Source: Octopus sinensis
Taxonomy: Eukaryota
DNA length: 64,000 nt
Reading direction: 5' to 3'
NCBI RefSeq assembly: GCF_006345805.1
Contig: NC_042998.1
Location: 68,634,001 to 68,698,000 of the forward strand
Part shown: positions 1-13,934 of the stretch, piece by piece
Numbering within the stretch: the stretch's first letter is position 1
Layout: each line of letters begins with the position of its first letter
Program-made: the position numbers and the translations under genes
The notes under the pieces: generated by a model
Database searches by the model: none
The model's input: the letters and a program-made list of their open reading frames with translations, nothing else
What the model was told of the DNA's origin: nothing

Positions 1-79
1 TACATTTAAGTAAATAAGTTTAATATTAATTGGTATTTTGGTCAATTCTATAAGTGAGTGAAATATTAAATCTATATAT

Positions 80-503
80 TACTCTTTTACTCTCTTTTAC
101 TCTTTTACTTGTTTCAGTCATTTGACTGCGGCCATGCTGGAGCACCGCCTTTAATCGAGCAACTCGACCCCGGGACTTATTCTTTTGTAAGCCCAGTACT
201 TATTCTATCGGTCTCTTTTGCCGAACCGCTAAGTGACGGGGACGTAAACACACCAGCATCGGTTGTCAAACAATGCTAGGGGGACAGACACAGACACACA
301 AACATACACGCACACACATATATATATATACATATATACGACGGGCTTCTTTCAGTTTCCGTCTACCAAATCCACTCACAAGGCATTGGTCGGCCCTGGT
401 CTATAGCAGAAGACACTTGCCCAAGGTGCCACGCAGTGGGACTGAACCCGGAACCATGTGGTTGGTTAGCAAGCTACTTACCACACAGCCACTCCTGCGC
501 CTA
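80..503 (-). mobile_element. tRNA-derived SINE, family A (full length, internal (TA)n(TG)n tract, (GTAAAAGA)n tail)
   Basis: Minus strand starts AGGCGCAGGAGTGGCTGTGTGG (A-box-like), then GGTTCAGTCCC (B-box-like) and CCTTGGGCAAGTGTCTT (CORE-like segment), and ends in tandem AAAAGAGT repeats. More than 10 alignable copies lie in the window. Confidence 0.85.
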
Positions 504-728
504 TAATATAGTAAGTTTATATAATAGGTGTGTATATTTTCTGTTTTTAATATTTATACCTTGTACTAGCATTATGTATATAAGTTAACATGAAGTTTTT
601 TTAGTATATATTACTTAATTAGAATAAGATTTAATTTAGATGTTTATTAAATAAATTAATTAATTAATAAAATCGCCTGAAACTATTAGTAGCTCATAAA
701 AATATAAAAAATATATACTGTTACATTA

Positions 729-766
<38 letters not shown>

Positions 767-788
767 CGTGTGTGTAGATTGTGTTGTT

Positions 789-845
<57 letters not shown>

Positions 846-1107
846 AGCACACACAACGTATGGAGGTTTAGTTCACAGGTGATCTAAACGATTAGGTACG
901 CTAGGTAATTGCTGTAACGGATTACTACGTCTCCAAGGTTAAAGCCGAGACAATAGATATGGAGCCATTGCAAATTTCCAATACAGCGGATAGAATAAAG
1001 AGGACAACAAACGTTAAAGCAAGGCAAACGCTTCAAGTCCGCCTTTGTATCGACTATCTCACCGAATGTCTTAATGTCCTCCTTTACATTTTTGTTCCAT
1101 TTTTATA

Positions 1108-1150
<43 letters not shown>

Positions 1151-1370
1151 ATTTTATTGGCATTGACTATGAAGTTTCGCTGGTAATGCCACCGTTACTT
1201 TGATGACGCCACTGTCGATGTGACTGTCGTAGTCACCATCCTATAGAATCATTGAAATATTAATAACATTTGACTCTTCTCTTGTAAAATATAAAAACAT
1301 TCTTGAACTCTGTGTGTGCGTATGCCTATATGTGTGCGTACAGGTAAATGAGTGTGTCTGTGCAAAAAAA

Positions 1371-1446
<76 letters not shown>

Positions 1447-1463
1447 TTATTATTATTATTATC

Positions 1464-2014
1464 ATTGAGTGAGAGAGCAGTGCATGCCATCAAAGTGACA
1501 CTGGGGTAAAATATACGAATCCCAGTATACCCATCATGACTACCCGTCTGATAAGGGTACACCAGGCACATGCATCACAACCATATGTGCGTGACATGGT
1601 GATCTCTATCAAGATAAACAGCGCATGACCTAGCAGATAAGGCCCAGTTAAAAGTTTCTTCTGGTCGAGTAGCCCATCCCGCTCAAAAGGTCCCTGAATA
1701 AGGATTGTTTAGGGATGTTGAACGAACCACCCATGGTGAATTATTCAAACCCCAAAGAATTCCTCTCAACACATGGCTATGATGCTCCCCCACTACTTTT
1801 ACTCGTGATCAGAGATGGACATATCGTCAGCCACTAAAGGCCATGCTCAACTGGTTAAGGTCAAACAACTGACAAGCAAATCTCTGGTATTGAGCAGAAT
1901 ATTTGCTGTAGCCCATCTTTTATACCAAGACAAAACAATGTTCATGAAAACACTTCCAATCAGTTAAGATCGATCGAAAGCCATGAGAGCCACTGTCTGG
2001 TACTGCATCAGGGC

Positions 2015-2018
<4 letters not shown>
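1464..2018. repeat. Unclassified ~555-bp interspersed repeat (family D), flanked by (TTA)n on both sides
   Basis: Aligns along its length with 8797-9351 (CAGTGCATGC.ATCAAAGTGAC.CTGGGGTAAAATATACGAA ... GCCATGAGAG). No convincing ORF or Pol III boxes seen. Confidence 0.7.
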
Positions 2019-2084
<66 letters not shown>

Positions 2085-2085
<1 letters not shown>

Positions 2086-2685
2086 TATGTTGACTTTTGC
2101 TTTATATTTGTACAAGTTGGCTCCAAGTCTCACCCAGAGACCTCAAGAGACAACAGGGTTGGAAGTTCATGTTGTTGTTATGCCTAGTGTGCCATATATT
2201 TGGGGGTGGGGATGTTGTACTAATGAATGTCTAAAAAAAAAATTTTTTTTTTTTTTTTTTTTTTTTTAAACCGAAAATTATGGTTGTTTTAAAACCTTGA
2301 GGTTACATAGAGAGTATTTTGCGTAGGATATGAGCAGTTCCCATGAGCACTATCTTTTGAACTTCTGCCATTTTTTGGGTTTCCTGGTATCTGAGTTAGG
2401 TAGCTATCAGCCCCTTTTGCTATCATTCCCAGGGCACCTATGACAACAGGTATTGTTTTAGTCTTCAGCTTCCACATTTTGCTGATTTCTATTTCAAGAT
2501 CTTTATATTTGCTCAGTTTTTGGTAGGTCCTGACAGATACGTTTATATCGATTGGGACAGTCATATCAATGAGGAGGCATGTTCTTTGTTTGAAGTCTTT
2601 CAATATGATGTCTGGCCTATTTGCATCTATCTTCCTGTCAGTTTGAATGGTGAAGTTCCAGAGGAGTGAGATGTGGTCATTTTCA
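2085..2685 (-). mobile_element. R4/Dong-clade non-LTR retrotransposon, 3' fragment (restriction-like endonuclease + 3' UTR)
   Basis: Minus translation LLWNFTIQTDRKIDANRPDIILKDFKQRTCLLIDMTVP...KLSKYKDLEIEISKMWKLKTKTIPVVIGALG contains the RPD..D..K REL motif. (TAA)n lies at both junctions. Confidence 0.85.
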
Positions 2686-2712
2686 ATTATTATTATTATT
2701 ATTATTATTATT

Positions 2713-4155
2713 CAGTAGTTTTATTTTTATAGCGTGCTTTCACTTCACTACCGAGCGCAGCTCTGTGTGCCTTGGGTATGCGCTGTGATTTATTGTGATG
2801 CTCTGATGGTTATTGTATGGAAAGTGTTCTGCGTAGGATGTGTGCAGTGCCTAGTAGTGCAATTTTCTGTATGTTATATGTGTTTGTAAGTCCTGGTGTT
2901 TTTGTTATGTATTTGTCTGAATATTTTTTTATCATGCCTAATGCACCTATTATGATAGGAATTGTTTCTGTTTTCAGATTCCACATTCTAGTTACCTCTA
3001 TTTCCAGGTCTTTGTATTTTGAGAGTTTCTCCATTTCTTTTAGAGACACGTTGTCATCAGCCGGTATTGATACATCAATTAGAAAGCATTTTTTTTCTTC
3101 ATGATCTCTGACAACTATATCTGGTCTGTTGGCCTTATTTCTCTATCTGTGTGTATCGGCATATCCCAGAGTATGGTTGCTTTCTCGTTTTCTGTGACCT
3201 TTTCTGGTGTGTGCCTATACCATCTTTTTTCTGTTGTTATTCCATAATGTTGGCATAGCTTCCAATGTATGTAGGTTCCAACTCTGTCATGTCTGTGAAT
3301 ATATTCCTTCTAGCCAGGACTGGGCAGCTAGAGATAATATGATTTATTGTTTCTTGTCCATCTCCACATATTCTGCAGTTACTTGTAATATTTTTTCATT
3401 ACATGTTTTTGGTAATTTCTGGTGGGGAGCTTTGGTCTTGTGCTGCAATTAAAAATCCCTCTGTTTCTGCTTTGAGTCCTGAGCTTCTCAACCATTGCTG
3501 GGATTTTTCTTTGTCTATTTCTTTTGCGTTTAGTTTAGTCCAGTATTTACCATGAAGGGGCTTTTCTTGCCATCGTTTTATCATGGTTCGTTGCTGTTCT
3601 ATTTTTAGTTTGGATTTCATTTGTTTTATAGCTTTTGTTGTTTCTTCATCTTCTTCTTCTTCTTCATGTTTATTAGGTGGTATGATTTCTTGTTTGTATT
3701 TGTCAGCTTCCTTAAATACTGAGAACAGTTTTTTGTTTTGCTCGTGTTTTGCCGCTATCTGGATCAGTTTTCCTTCCTTCTGAAGTAGATATTTTTGCAG
3801 TCCTATGGTGGTTATTTTATAGTAGTTTTCCAGCTGTATAAGGCCTCTACCACCTTCTATACGTTGTATATATAGTCTTTCTATGTCAGATTTTGGGTGA
3901 TGCATCCTAGATCCTGTCATTATTTTTCTTGTTTTCCTATCTATTTTGGTCAGTTCATTTCGTGTCCAGTTAAGGATATTGTAGCTGTAACTTATAACTG
4001 GGACAGCTAAAGTGTTGATACCTATATCTTGTTTTTAGCATTAAGCTCTGTTTTTAGTATTGATCTAACTCGTCTATAATATTCTTTTTTTATTTTCTCT
4101 TTCATTTGTGTGTGTTGTGTCTTATCTAGTTCATGGATTCCTAAGTATTTGTAAG
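2713..4155 (-). mobile_element. R4/Dong-clade non-LTR retrotransposon, 5'-truncated (RT C-terminus, CCHC knuckle, REL endonuclease)
   Basis: YKYLGI..., HHPKSDIERLYIQRIEGGRGLIQLE, CRICGDGQETINHIISSC, ANRPDIVVRDHEEKKCFLIDVSIP, KLSKYKDLEIEVTRMW...IIIGALGMIK (ORFs 4022-4336, 3399-3920, 2810-3049). Frameshifted; (TAA)n tail. Confidence 0.9.
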
Positions 4156-4201
4156 TTATTATTATTATTATTATATTATTATTATTATTATTATTACTAT
4201 T

Positions 4202-5045
<844 letters not shown>

Positions 5046-5107
5046 TTATTATTATTATTATTATTATTATTATATTATTATTATTATCATTATTATTATT
5101 ATTATTA

Positions 5108-5148
<41 letters not shown>

Positions 5149-5809
5149 GAACGTAATGCTTTAACATTGTAATGTTTCCATTGGTTCGCTTATATTTTTC
5201 ACTCCATATAAAATCAATCAGTAACTTTTTCTCCTTACCCGACTGTTTATGGTATTCTACAATTTTATACACACTCTGCGGTTTTACACGTGAACTAGTT
5301 GTACACCTAAGGATCTAACACACGGCTTCCATACCTAATTCTGACTATATTGTATCGTGCATCTATCATTGAGATATTTACAGATACACAGATATATAAA
5401 CAGATACATACACAAGGTCATTTTTCGAAGCTTTTAGCTTCACGTTCGACTGCTTTTTCTACGAAACAAATATTTGCATTAGATAATTTCTGTTGAAATG
5501 ATTTCTTTCGGCAAATCAAATTTGTTGACATTGTGATGTGTAACAGTGAGAACAGCAGCAGCTCATCTCTTCTCCTCTGTATATCAGGACAAATGGTATA
5601 TATAACAGGATGTTATGATGTATTTATTTTATACGGAAGCCGTTTGGGCTTGTGAACATTAGCATTCCTATTGATCTTTGTTAAAATAGCTGCAAATATG
5701 TATAAACACAATCATGATAGAGGCAGTCTTTGAGTTGCAGAGACAATAGAATATCGAACTAAATAGATTTCTTATTGAATTTCGTTCTAGGAAACGCTAC
5801 TTTTTTTTA

Positions 5810-6022
5810 AGGTGCAGACACGGCTGTATGGTTAAAGAGCTCGCTTTGCAACCATATGATCTCCAGTTCAGTCCCAATGTGCGGCACCTTGGGCAAGTGG
5901 CTTCTTCTATAACCTCGAGCTGTCCAAAGCTCTGTAAGGGGGTTTGGTAGACGGAAACTGAAAGAAGCCCAACGTATATATATGTGTGTGACCGTGTGTG
6001 TGTGTGTATGTATGTGTGTGTA
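5810..6022 (+). mobile_element. Family A SINE, diverged 5' half ending in the internal microsatellite
   Basis: AGGTGCAGACACGGCTGTATGG...CAGTTCAGTCCC...CCTTGGGCAAGT...GGTAGACGGAAACTGAAAGAAGCCC. Confidence 0.75.
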
Positions 6023-6099
6023 TCCATTCTTCCCGAGCGTCAAATTAATACACTTGCTTGTTGTTCCCTCACCCGTCTTTGTCTTTTGTTTCCTGTAAA

Positions 6100-6133
6100 C
6101 TTGTTATATGCATACATACATACATACATACAT

Positions 6134-6183
<50 letters not shown>

Positions 6184-6565
6184 GGGGAGGGGTGCAAGTG
6201 TGTGCGTGTGTGCGTGTGTGTGTGCGTATATGTGTGTGTGCATGTATGTGTGTGTGTGCATGTGTGCCCGTATGTGTGTGTATGTGCATGTGTTTGTGTG
6301 TGTATGTGTGTGAGAGTATGTTTGCATGGATGTGTGTGTATGTCCGTGTGTGTGTGCGTGCATGTGTATGTGTGTATGTGTGCGTGTATGTGTATGTGCG
6401 TGTATGTGTGTGTGTATGTGAGCGTGTATGTATGTATGTGTATGTGTGCGTGTGTGTGCGTGTATGTGTGTGTATGTTTACGTTTATGTGTGTGTGTGTG
6501 TGCGTGCGTATGTGTGTTTGTGCGTGTGTGTGTGTGTGTGTGTGTGCGTGTGTGTGTGTTTGTAG
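6100..6565. repeat. Compound (CATA)n/(TA)n/(TG)n microsatellite field
   Basis: Direct inspection; it is the source of the VC/HT-rich spurious ORFs. Confidence 0.95.
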
Positions 6566-7562
6566 ATTGAGTTGTAGTTGTGTACATGTTCACAAGAAAA
6601 CAGAGATGACCCTGAGCCGCCATTAACATGGTCCAGTGAATTCATTCATAAACAGTTTTTACGAAGACCACACAAGAGACGTTGATATCATTGACATAAA
6701 AAGAAAACTAGGTGAAATGGAAGAATGAAAGAGGATGAAGCACGATTAGGATTATCTGAAAATATCACAATAAAGATAATCTTGGGCTTATTACAACTCC
6801 TTTAGAAAGTTGTATGACAGTATCTCTGAAATGTGCTATTTCAGAAATTGCGAACATTATACGAACCAATCGGCTTCCCTTCAAAAGTCGTTGACAATTC
6901 ATATCCCTAGAGACCAGGCGGTCCACTAGCGAAACTGTCTCTGATGTTGACTGTTTTCTTTTTAGTTAAAGCTACGGTTTTGAATCTTGCCAGGATTATC
7001 TCTCTTCCGTATTCCCATTCACGAAGGCTAAAGAGCCAGAAACGCACGTCTAGGAACCCGATTGGAAGAAGCACTGGGTAGATATGGTATTCCTTTTACC
7101 AGAAGAAAGATTTTTTTTCTCCACGGTAATTACAGCGAATTTGACTTTAGAAGTTAAGATATCACAAACATCACTGATCAAGTATCTTAACGCATCTTAT
7201 TATCTGATTCACCTGAACGGAAAATATTATTTTGCAGCTAGTTGTGATTATTCATCTGAAAAACTTGTGAAGGGTCTAATTTACCAGTAGAAAAACAGTT
7301 AAAAAGGAATAAAAGCTATCTGCATTATTTCAAAATCTTTATAATTTTAAGCTAATTAGTTAATCATAAACAAATTTCCAACATAGACATATATTTCTCA
7401 ATTGCTTAAAATTCTAATTATCTCTAAACAATTATTTCTAAACCGTGGAAATAATATCGCGTCATTTCCTTTCTATAATATTCAATAGATAATGATCAAT
7501 TCCTAATGAAGCATAATTAAATCTGGTTTTAGTTTTATATAGATGATGTTGTGAGTGCCGTC

Positions 7563-7988
7563 TACTCTTTACTCTTTACTTGTTTCAGTCAGTGGACTGT
7601 GGCCATGCTGAAGCACCGCCTTTAGTCGAGCAAATCGACACCAGGACTTATCCTTTGGAAGCCTAGTACTTATTCTATCGGTTTCTTTTGCCGAACCGCT
7701 AAGTTACGGGGACGTAAACACACCAGCGTCGGTTGTCAAGCGATGTTGGTGGGGAGGGGGGGAACAAACACAGACACACTAACATATACACACACACATA
7801 CATACACACATATATACACATCAACGACGGGCTTCTTTCAGTTCCCGACTACGAAATCCACTCACAAGTCTTTGGTCGGCCCGAGGCTATAGTAGAAGAC
7901 ACTTGCCCAAGGTGCCACGCAGTGGGACTGAACCCGGAACAATGTGGTTCGTAAGCAAGCTACTTACCACACAGTCACTCCTACGCCT
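7563..7988 (-). mobile_element. Family A SINE, full length
   Basis: Colinear with 80-503. Confidence 0.85.
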
Positions 7989-8084
7989 GATTATGAAGTT
8001 CGTTCTGCGGCCACGATCATACCGCGTGGTAGCAAGGCCAAGCTTCTTTTATATTAACGTCAGATGTAAAACACACACACACAT

Positions 8085-8115
<31 letters not shown>

Positions 8116-8550
8116 TATATATTTGTATGTAATATTTATGTGCATGTGTATATGTGTATATGTATACATGCACACACACAGACACACATACAAGTGTGTG
8201 TATGTATGTCTCCGCGTGGAGTGGGTATGTTTACATAGACACAGATACTTCGATTCAAAAAATCCTAAATTAAAGTAAACACTGCAGCTGATGTGATCGG
8301 CTAAAATTCTTTAAGGCGTTGCTCCAGTAGGACCGTAGTCTAATGACTGCATCTCATAAAATAAAAGAATATAATTCAAACTTTAATTAGGATTATGTTT
8401 GCGGTTGTTTTAATTAGTAATTAATCTTTATTGATAAGTTTAAGCTATCAATATAGTTTCTCTTTTAACTCTAAGTCCGCTATTGTCCTTTTTATTAGCT
8501 TCAGTATTAATTAACTTTAGACATTAATTATTATTATTATAATTATTGCT

Positions 8551-8770
8551 AAGCGACGAGCTGGTAGAATCGTTAGCACGCTGGTCAAAATACTTAGCGC
8601 CATTTCGAATATCTTTGGATTTGAGTTCAAATTCCACCGAGGCCGACTTTACCTTTCATCCGTTTGGAGTCGATGAAACAAGTACCAGTTGCGTACTGGG
8701 ATCGATAAAAAAAACCCAACTAGCTCCCCCTCCAAAGTTTCAGGCTTTGTGCCTTTAATAGAAAGGATGA
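8551..8770 (+). mobile_element. Family B (Meta-like) SINE monomer
   Basis: tRNA head plus GAGGCCGACTTTACCTTTCATCC...AAGTACCAG; flanked by (TTA)n. Confidence 0.75.
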
Positions 8771-8796
8771 TTGTTATTATTATTATTATTATTATT

Positions 8797-9351
8797 AAAA
8801 GATCAGTGCATGCTATCAAAGTGACCCTGGGGTAAAATATACGAAGCCCAGTATACCCATCATAACTACCAGTCTGATAACGGTACACTAGGTACATACA
8901 TCACAACCATATGTGCGTGTCATGGTGATCATAGCAAGATAAACAGCACAAGAACTTGCAGATATGGCTCAGTTAGAATTTTCTTCTGGTCGAGTAGTTT
9001 ATCCAGCTCAAAAGGTCCTTAAACAAGGGTTGTTTAAGGATGTTGAACGAACTACCCATGTTTCCAAAGGTGAATTATCCAAACCCCAAAGAATTCCTTT
9101 CAACACATGGCTATGATGCTCCCCCACTACTTCTGCTTGTGATCAGAGATGCATGTATCATCAAACACTAAGGGACATGCTCAACTGGTTAGGGTCAAAC
9201 AACTGACAAGCAAATCTGTAATATTGAGCAGAATATTTGCTGTAGCTTATCTTTTATACCAAGGCAAAATAATGTACATGATAAATGATAACACTTTCAA
9301 TTAGTTAAGATCGAAAGCCATGAGAGGCATTACCTGGTACTATATCAGGAT
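8797..9351. repeat. Family D interspersed repeat, second copy
   Basis: Aligns with 1464-2018; bounded by (TTA)n and (ATA)n tracts. Confidence 0.7.
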
Positions 9352-9377
9352 ACTATAATAATGATAATAATAATAAC

Positions 9378-9490
<113 letters not shown>

Positions 9491-9942
9491 TATTATTATT
9501 ATTATTATTATTATTATTAAACAATAAGAAGAATGCGACTGTTATCGAATGAACAATATTTCGACACTTCGTGTGTCTTCTACAAGTTCAAAATAATCTT
9601 ATTGTTTCTTTACCTTTAGGAAGAGTAACATCAATCCTCTACTATTATTATCAATATTATTATTGTTGTTGTTGTTGTTGTTGTTGTTAGCCAAAAAAAT
9701 GAAGAATGTCATTGTCATCAAGTGAACGATATTTCGACATCTTGTGTGTCTTCCATGCTATCTGTTCTCAAAATTCAATAAAAAATAGGTCACGTTTCAG
9801 TCTGGAAGTTATCGCACATCTGATCAACAGTTACCCAATGTATTTACTTCCTACCCATGCGCCATGATGTTGCTAAAACAAAATATTGTCATCTATAAGA
9901 AAAACTCCCCAGTGACATATATAGAAAAATCGCCCTGTTATT

Positions 9943-10526
9943 CTTTTCTACTCTAGGTATAAGGCCCGAAAATTTGGGGGATGGAGCAGTCGATTAATCG
10001 ACCCCAATAGCGCACCTGGTGCATATTTTATTGACCCCCGAAAGGATGAAAGGCAAAATCGACCTCGGCAGAATTTGAACTTAGAACGTAAAGGCAGATG
10101 AAATACCCATTTCTTTACTACCGACAAGGGGCTAAACGCAGAAAGGACAAACAAGGACAGACAAACGGATTAAGTCGATTATATCGGCCCCAGTGCGTAA
10201 CTGGTACATATTTAATCGACCCCGAAAGGATGAAAGGTAAAGTCGACCTCGGCGGAATTCGAACTCACAACGTAGCGGAAGACGAAATACCTATTTCTTT
10301 ATTACCCACAAGGGGCTAAACACAGAGAGGATAAACAAGGACAGACATAGGTATTAAGTCGATTACATCGACCCCAGTGCGTAACTGGTACTTAATTTAT
10401 CGACCCCGAAAGGATGAAAGGCAAAGTCGACCTCGGCAGAATTCGAACTCACAACGTAGCGGCAGACGAAATACCGCTGGGCATTTCGCCCGGCGTGCTA
10501 ACGTTTCTGCCAGCTCGACGCCTTAT
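9943..10526 (-). mobile_element. Family B SINE trimer with 16-bp target-site duplication
   Basis: One tRNA head plus three tandem B-box/Meta-like modules; AAATCGCCCTGTTATT at 9927-9942 and 10527-10542. Confidence 0.85.
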
Positions 10527-11039
10527 AAATCGCCCTGTTATTGGCAACATACACACGTGTCAAATAAGGAATTTTGAAGGAACATTTTCATTAATATTTC
10601 CTCCATATGTACATAGGTCATAAAAAAAAATTATGTTCTGTCACAAAGAAAAGTTACCGCGCAAATATGACTATTTCTTTCATAACGACTGAAAAAGTAT
10701 ATTTTCAAATTACTGTTTTGCAACCTACAGCGTCTTTACTCAGATTACAAATTCACTTTTATGCGTATAAATAATTAGAGCACCCACCTGTTTTAATAAA
10801 TGTATAATTGGTAACCAAGTGAAGAAAGCAACCAGCTAACATACACTTTACAATGCGATCTAAGAGGACAGTGAAAATAGGCAAGACTTCTCTAATGTTC
10901 AACGTGTAACACTTACCGTTGTTGTCGTAATTCCGGTGCTGGAGCTTTGTTTCATTGTTAGAAACTAGTTCCTTCCTTCCAGAATGAATTCAAAGAAGTA
11001 AAAAAGAAAAAAATAGTGCACACCTATTTAACAAAGTAC

Positions 11040-11096
11040 ATGTGCACCTACCTACCTGTTGATCTATCTATCTATCTATCTATCTATCTCTCTCTC

Positions 11097-11150
<54 letters not shown>

Positions 11151-12040
11151 CATATATACATACGCACACATATATATACGTGTCTATCTATCTATCTAGC
11201 TATATATATATGCATGCATAGATTCACAGACATATAAGTTACATGCGTAATACATACAGGTATGTATGTATACACACCTACTATCAAACATACATGCATA
11301 CACGTATACTTATATACATAGTATATGCACATACATACCTATACACATAAATTCATGCATGCATATGTTGTAACATGCTTCGAAGCATGCATACGTGCAT
11401 ACAAACATACAAATATATATGGACACATACGCACATATGTATATATATGTACACACATTCACACATACCAGCAAATATACATGCATACATCTATACATAC
11501 ATATTTACACATACATATTTACACATACATGCCTATATGCATACCTACATGCATACAAGCATACATATATACATACAAACATATAAACATGTATGCATGC
11601 ATACACACAAATACGTACATATATGCATGCATACATGCATACACACATTCAAGCATACATTCATACATACATGCATACATATACACTCACATGCACACAT
11701 GCATACATACATACATACATATACTATATTCATACACGCATACATATATATATATACATACATACATATATACATTCATGCATGCATACATGCATACATA
11801 CATGCATACACACTCATTTGCAGACATGCATACCTACATGCATACATTCATACATACATGCATACATACACACACTCACTCACTCGCATACATGCATACA
11901 TACATATATACATTCATACATATATGCATACATACATACACACTCACTTGGATACATATATACATTCATACATATATGCATACATACATACACACACACT
12001 CACTTGGATACATATATACATACAATTACAAACATCTCAA
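11040..12040. repeat. Cryptic (CATA/CACA/TA)n low-complexity tract
   Basis: Direct inspection; gives H/T/Y/I-rich spurious ORFs of 222-242 aa. Confidence 0.9.
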
Positions 12041-12530
12041 TAAAATACGTTAGAGTAACACAAGAGAAACTTAGAGAGGTCGAGAAAGCGAGAAAGAGAG
12101 AGAGAGAGAGAGGCTGATAAAAACAGATGAACAGACAGACAGAGTGAGATACCGAGTGTCGGATGGAGTATGTCATGCAGTAAGAACAGCTTAAGAAACT
12201 AGCTGACTGATATAAGTGTTAATGTAGGGGAAACGATTTCCTTAAATCTCATTCACAGTTGGTGGGCTCAACAAGTAGATTTAGTATGATGTGGTTTGAT
12301 GTCTTATATGAACGTCATTTCCGCCATCTCCATCGTCACTTTCTTTATTGGATTGTAGTCATGCGAACGGTTATAAGAGAACCAACTTTAGTGACTTTGC
12401 TTATTGTTATAGGGTTATATTTGGTACTGTGATAAATTGTTACCCTCCACACACACACACAGACAAACGTCATATATCGTCACTGACTATATAACACATA
12501 CAAACATACGTACGTACATACATATGTATG

Positions 12531-13040
12531 CTTCCACTCAAGACCAGCAAAAGTCATCAGCAGAGCCCCGTAGAGTACTGTGCTGGATCCACTTCTTGAT
12601 ATTGTCTATATCAATGACATTGCAGATTCCATTGAACATAGCACCGTTAAAATATTTGCAGATGACTCTAAGCTCCAGAAAGTCATTAAGGGAGCATATG
12701 ATCGAACGATGCTTCAATCAGATCTAAGCACAGTAACCCCAGTGGGCACAAAAAACAATATGCAGTTGAACGAAGAAGAATTTGAGCTTATCCACTTTGG
12801 AAAAGAGGGCGCACTCAAACACCCATATACACTACCGTCAGGAGACCTACTTGAACCGTCGGATAATATAAGAGACTAAGATGTAACTGTCGACAGCAAC
12901 TTAAGTTGGAGTGTGCACATCAACAAAAACGTCGATGCTGCTCGCAGAATGTGCTTATGGATCCTCAGAACTTTCCAATCTAGGGATCATGAAACCGTCA
13001 TCCTTCTCTTCTTCACATTCGCTAGGCAGCCGTATTCTTG
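12531..13040 (+). mobile_element. CR1/L2/Jockey-group LINE reverse transcriptase fragment (degenerate)
   Basis: HSRPAKVIS..P*STVLDPLLDIVYINDI...VKIFADDSKL...NNMQLNEEEFELIHFG...DVTVDSNLSWSVHINK: QG-region, FADD and thumb motifs with in-frame stops. Confidence 0.85.
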
Positions 13041-13524
13041 GTGGGGCCTATATATATAATAACAAATTAATAAATAAAACATATGCATATATACATACAT
13101 ATATGTACGTACCTACATCTATATGTATATATACATGCATATATGGGTACAGGACACCAAAAAAAACGTCGAACACAATGAGAAATGAAAACATAAACAC
13201 AAAACCAAGGAAATGGACATTTTTCTTAAACAACGAAAAAATAGAGTACAATACATACAATACAAGGAACATTCCCCTTCTTCAGCCGCCTCTGTTTCAT
13301 CTACTCCACGTTTCGAAGGAAAAGGCGAGACACGACTTCATTGAAACAGTCCTTCCCGCTAAAGCAAATTAAATAAAATTTGAGATTTTTTTGCGGAGAG
13401 GTAAAAATGGTAACAAAAACAGGACAGTAGAGACAGTACAAAATATAAACAGTAAAAGACAGGACAAGGAGAACAACAGTAGCACGAACATGGTGGGCTG
13501 TTAAGCCAGAACGAAAGGAAATAT

Positions 13525-13583
<59 letters not shown>

Positions 13584-13884
13584 CTTTTAAAAATTTTACT
13601 CGTTTCAGTCATGTTGGAGCACCACCGTGTGAATATATATAAATGTGTGAAATTTGACTGGTGACCGCCGGTGCTTTCATCTGCGGTTGTTTTTAGCTTA
13701 AGAGGCAGAGTGAAATAGAGTTTGCTAGGAAATAAAGTGGATGGGAGCAGAACTTTTCCTCAAGGGAAGAGAATGGCCGAGAGAGAGAGATTTGTTTTAT
13801 ATATATATATTTATTTTATTATGCGAGTGTATATTTCTATTTTTTGTTTTCTTTTTTTAATGTTTTAGTTGTCCTAGTAGATGC

Positions 13885-13919
<35 letters not shown>

Positions 13920-13934
13920 ATTATATATATATAT

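Noticed and set aside
273-506. Recurrent 60-100 aa ORFs such as RRASFSFRLPNPLTR...TMWLVSKLLTTQPLLRL
   Set aside because: Antisense translations of SINE family A; the recurrence reflects the repeat, not a gene family.
6040-6629. Long ORFs rich in VC/HT/YI (also 11325-12117, 36144-36688, 40420-41042, 55903-56358, 58358-59023)
   Set aside because: Translations of (TG)n, (CATA)n and (TA)n microsatellites; no coding signal.
6620-6900. Coding-looking unique sequence with two small hairpins (TACAACT/AGTTGTA, TCTGAAAT/ATTTCAGA)
   Set aside because: Stops in all plus frames within ~40 codons, no recognisable motif; 7-8-bp hairpins are expected by chance in AT-rich DNA.
13230-13510. Hammerhead-like pieces on the minus strand (CAATGAAG...CGAAACGTG; CTGAAGAAG)
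   Set aside because: Core is damaged, G at the cleavage position, and stems do not pair consistently.
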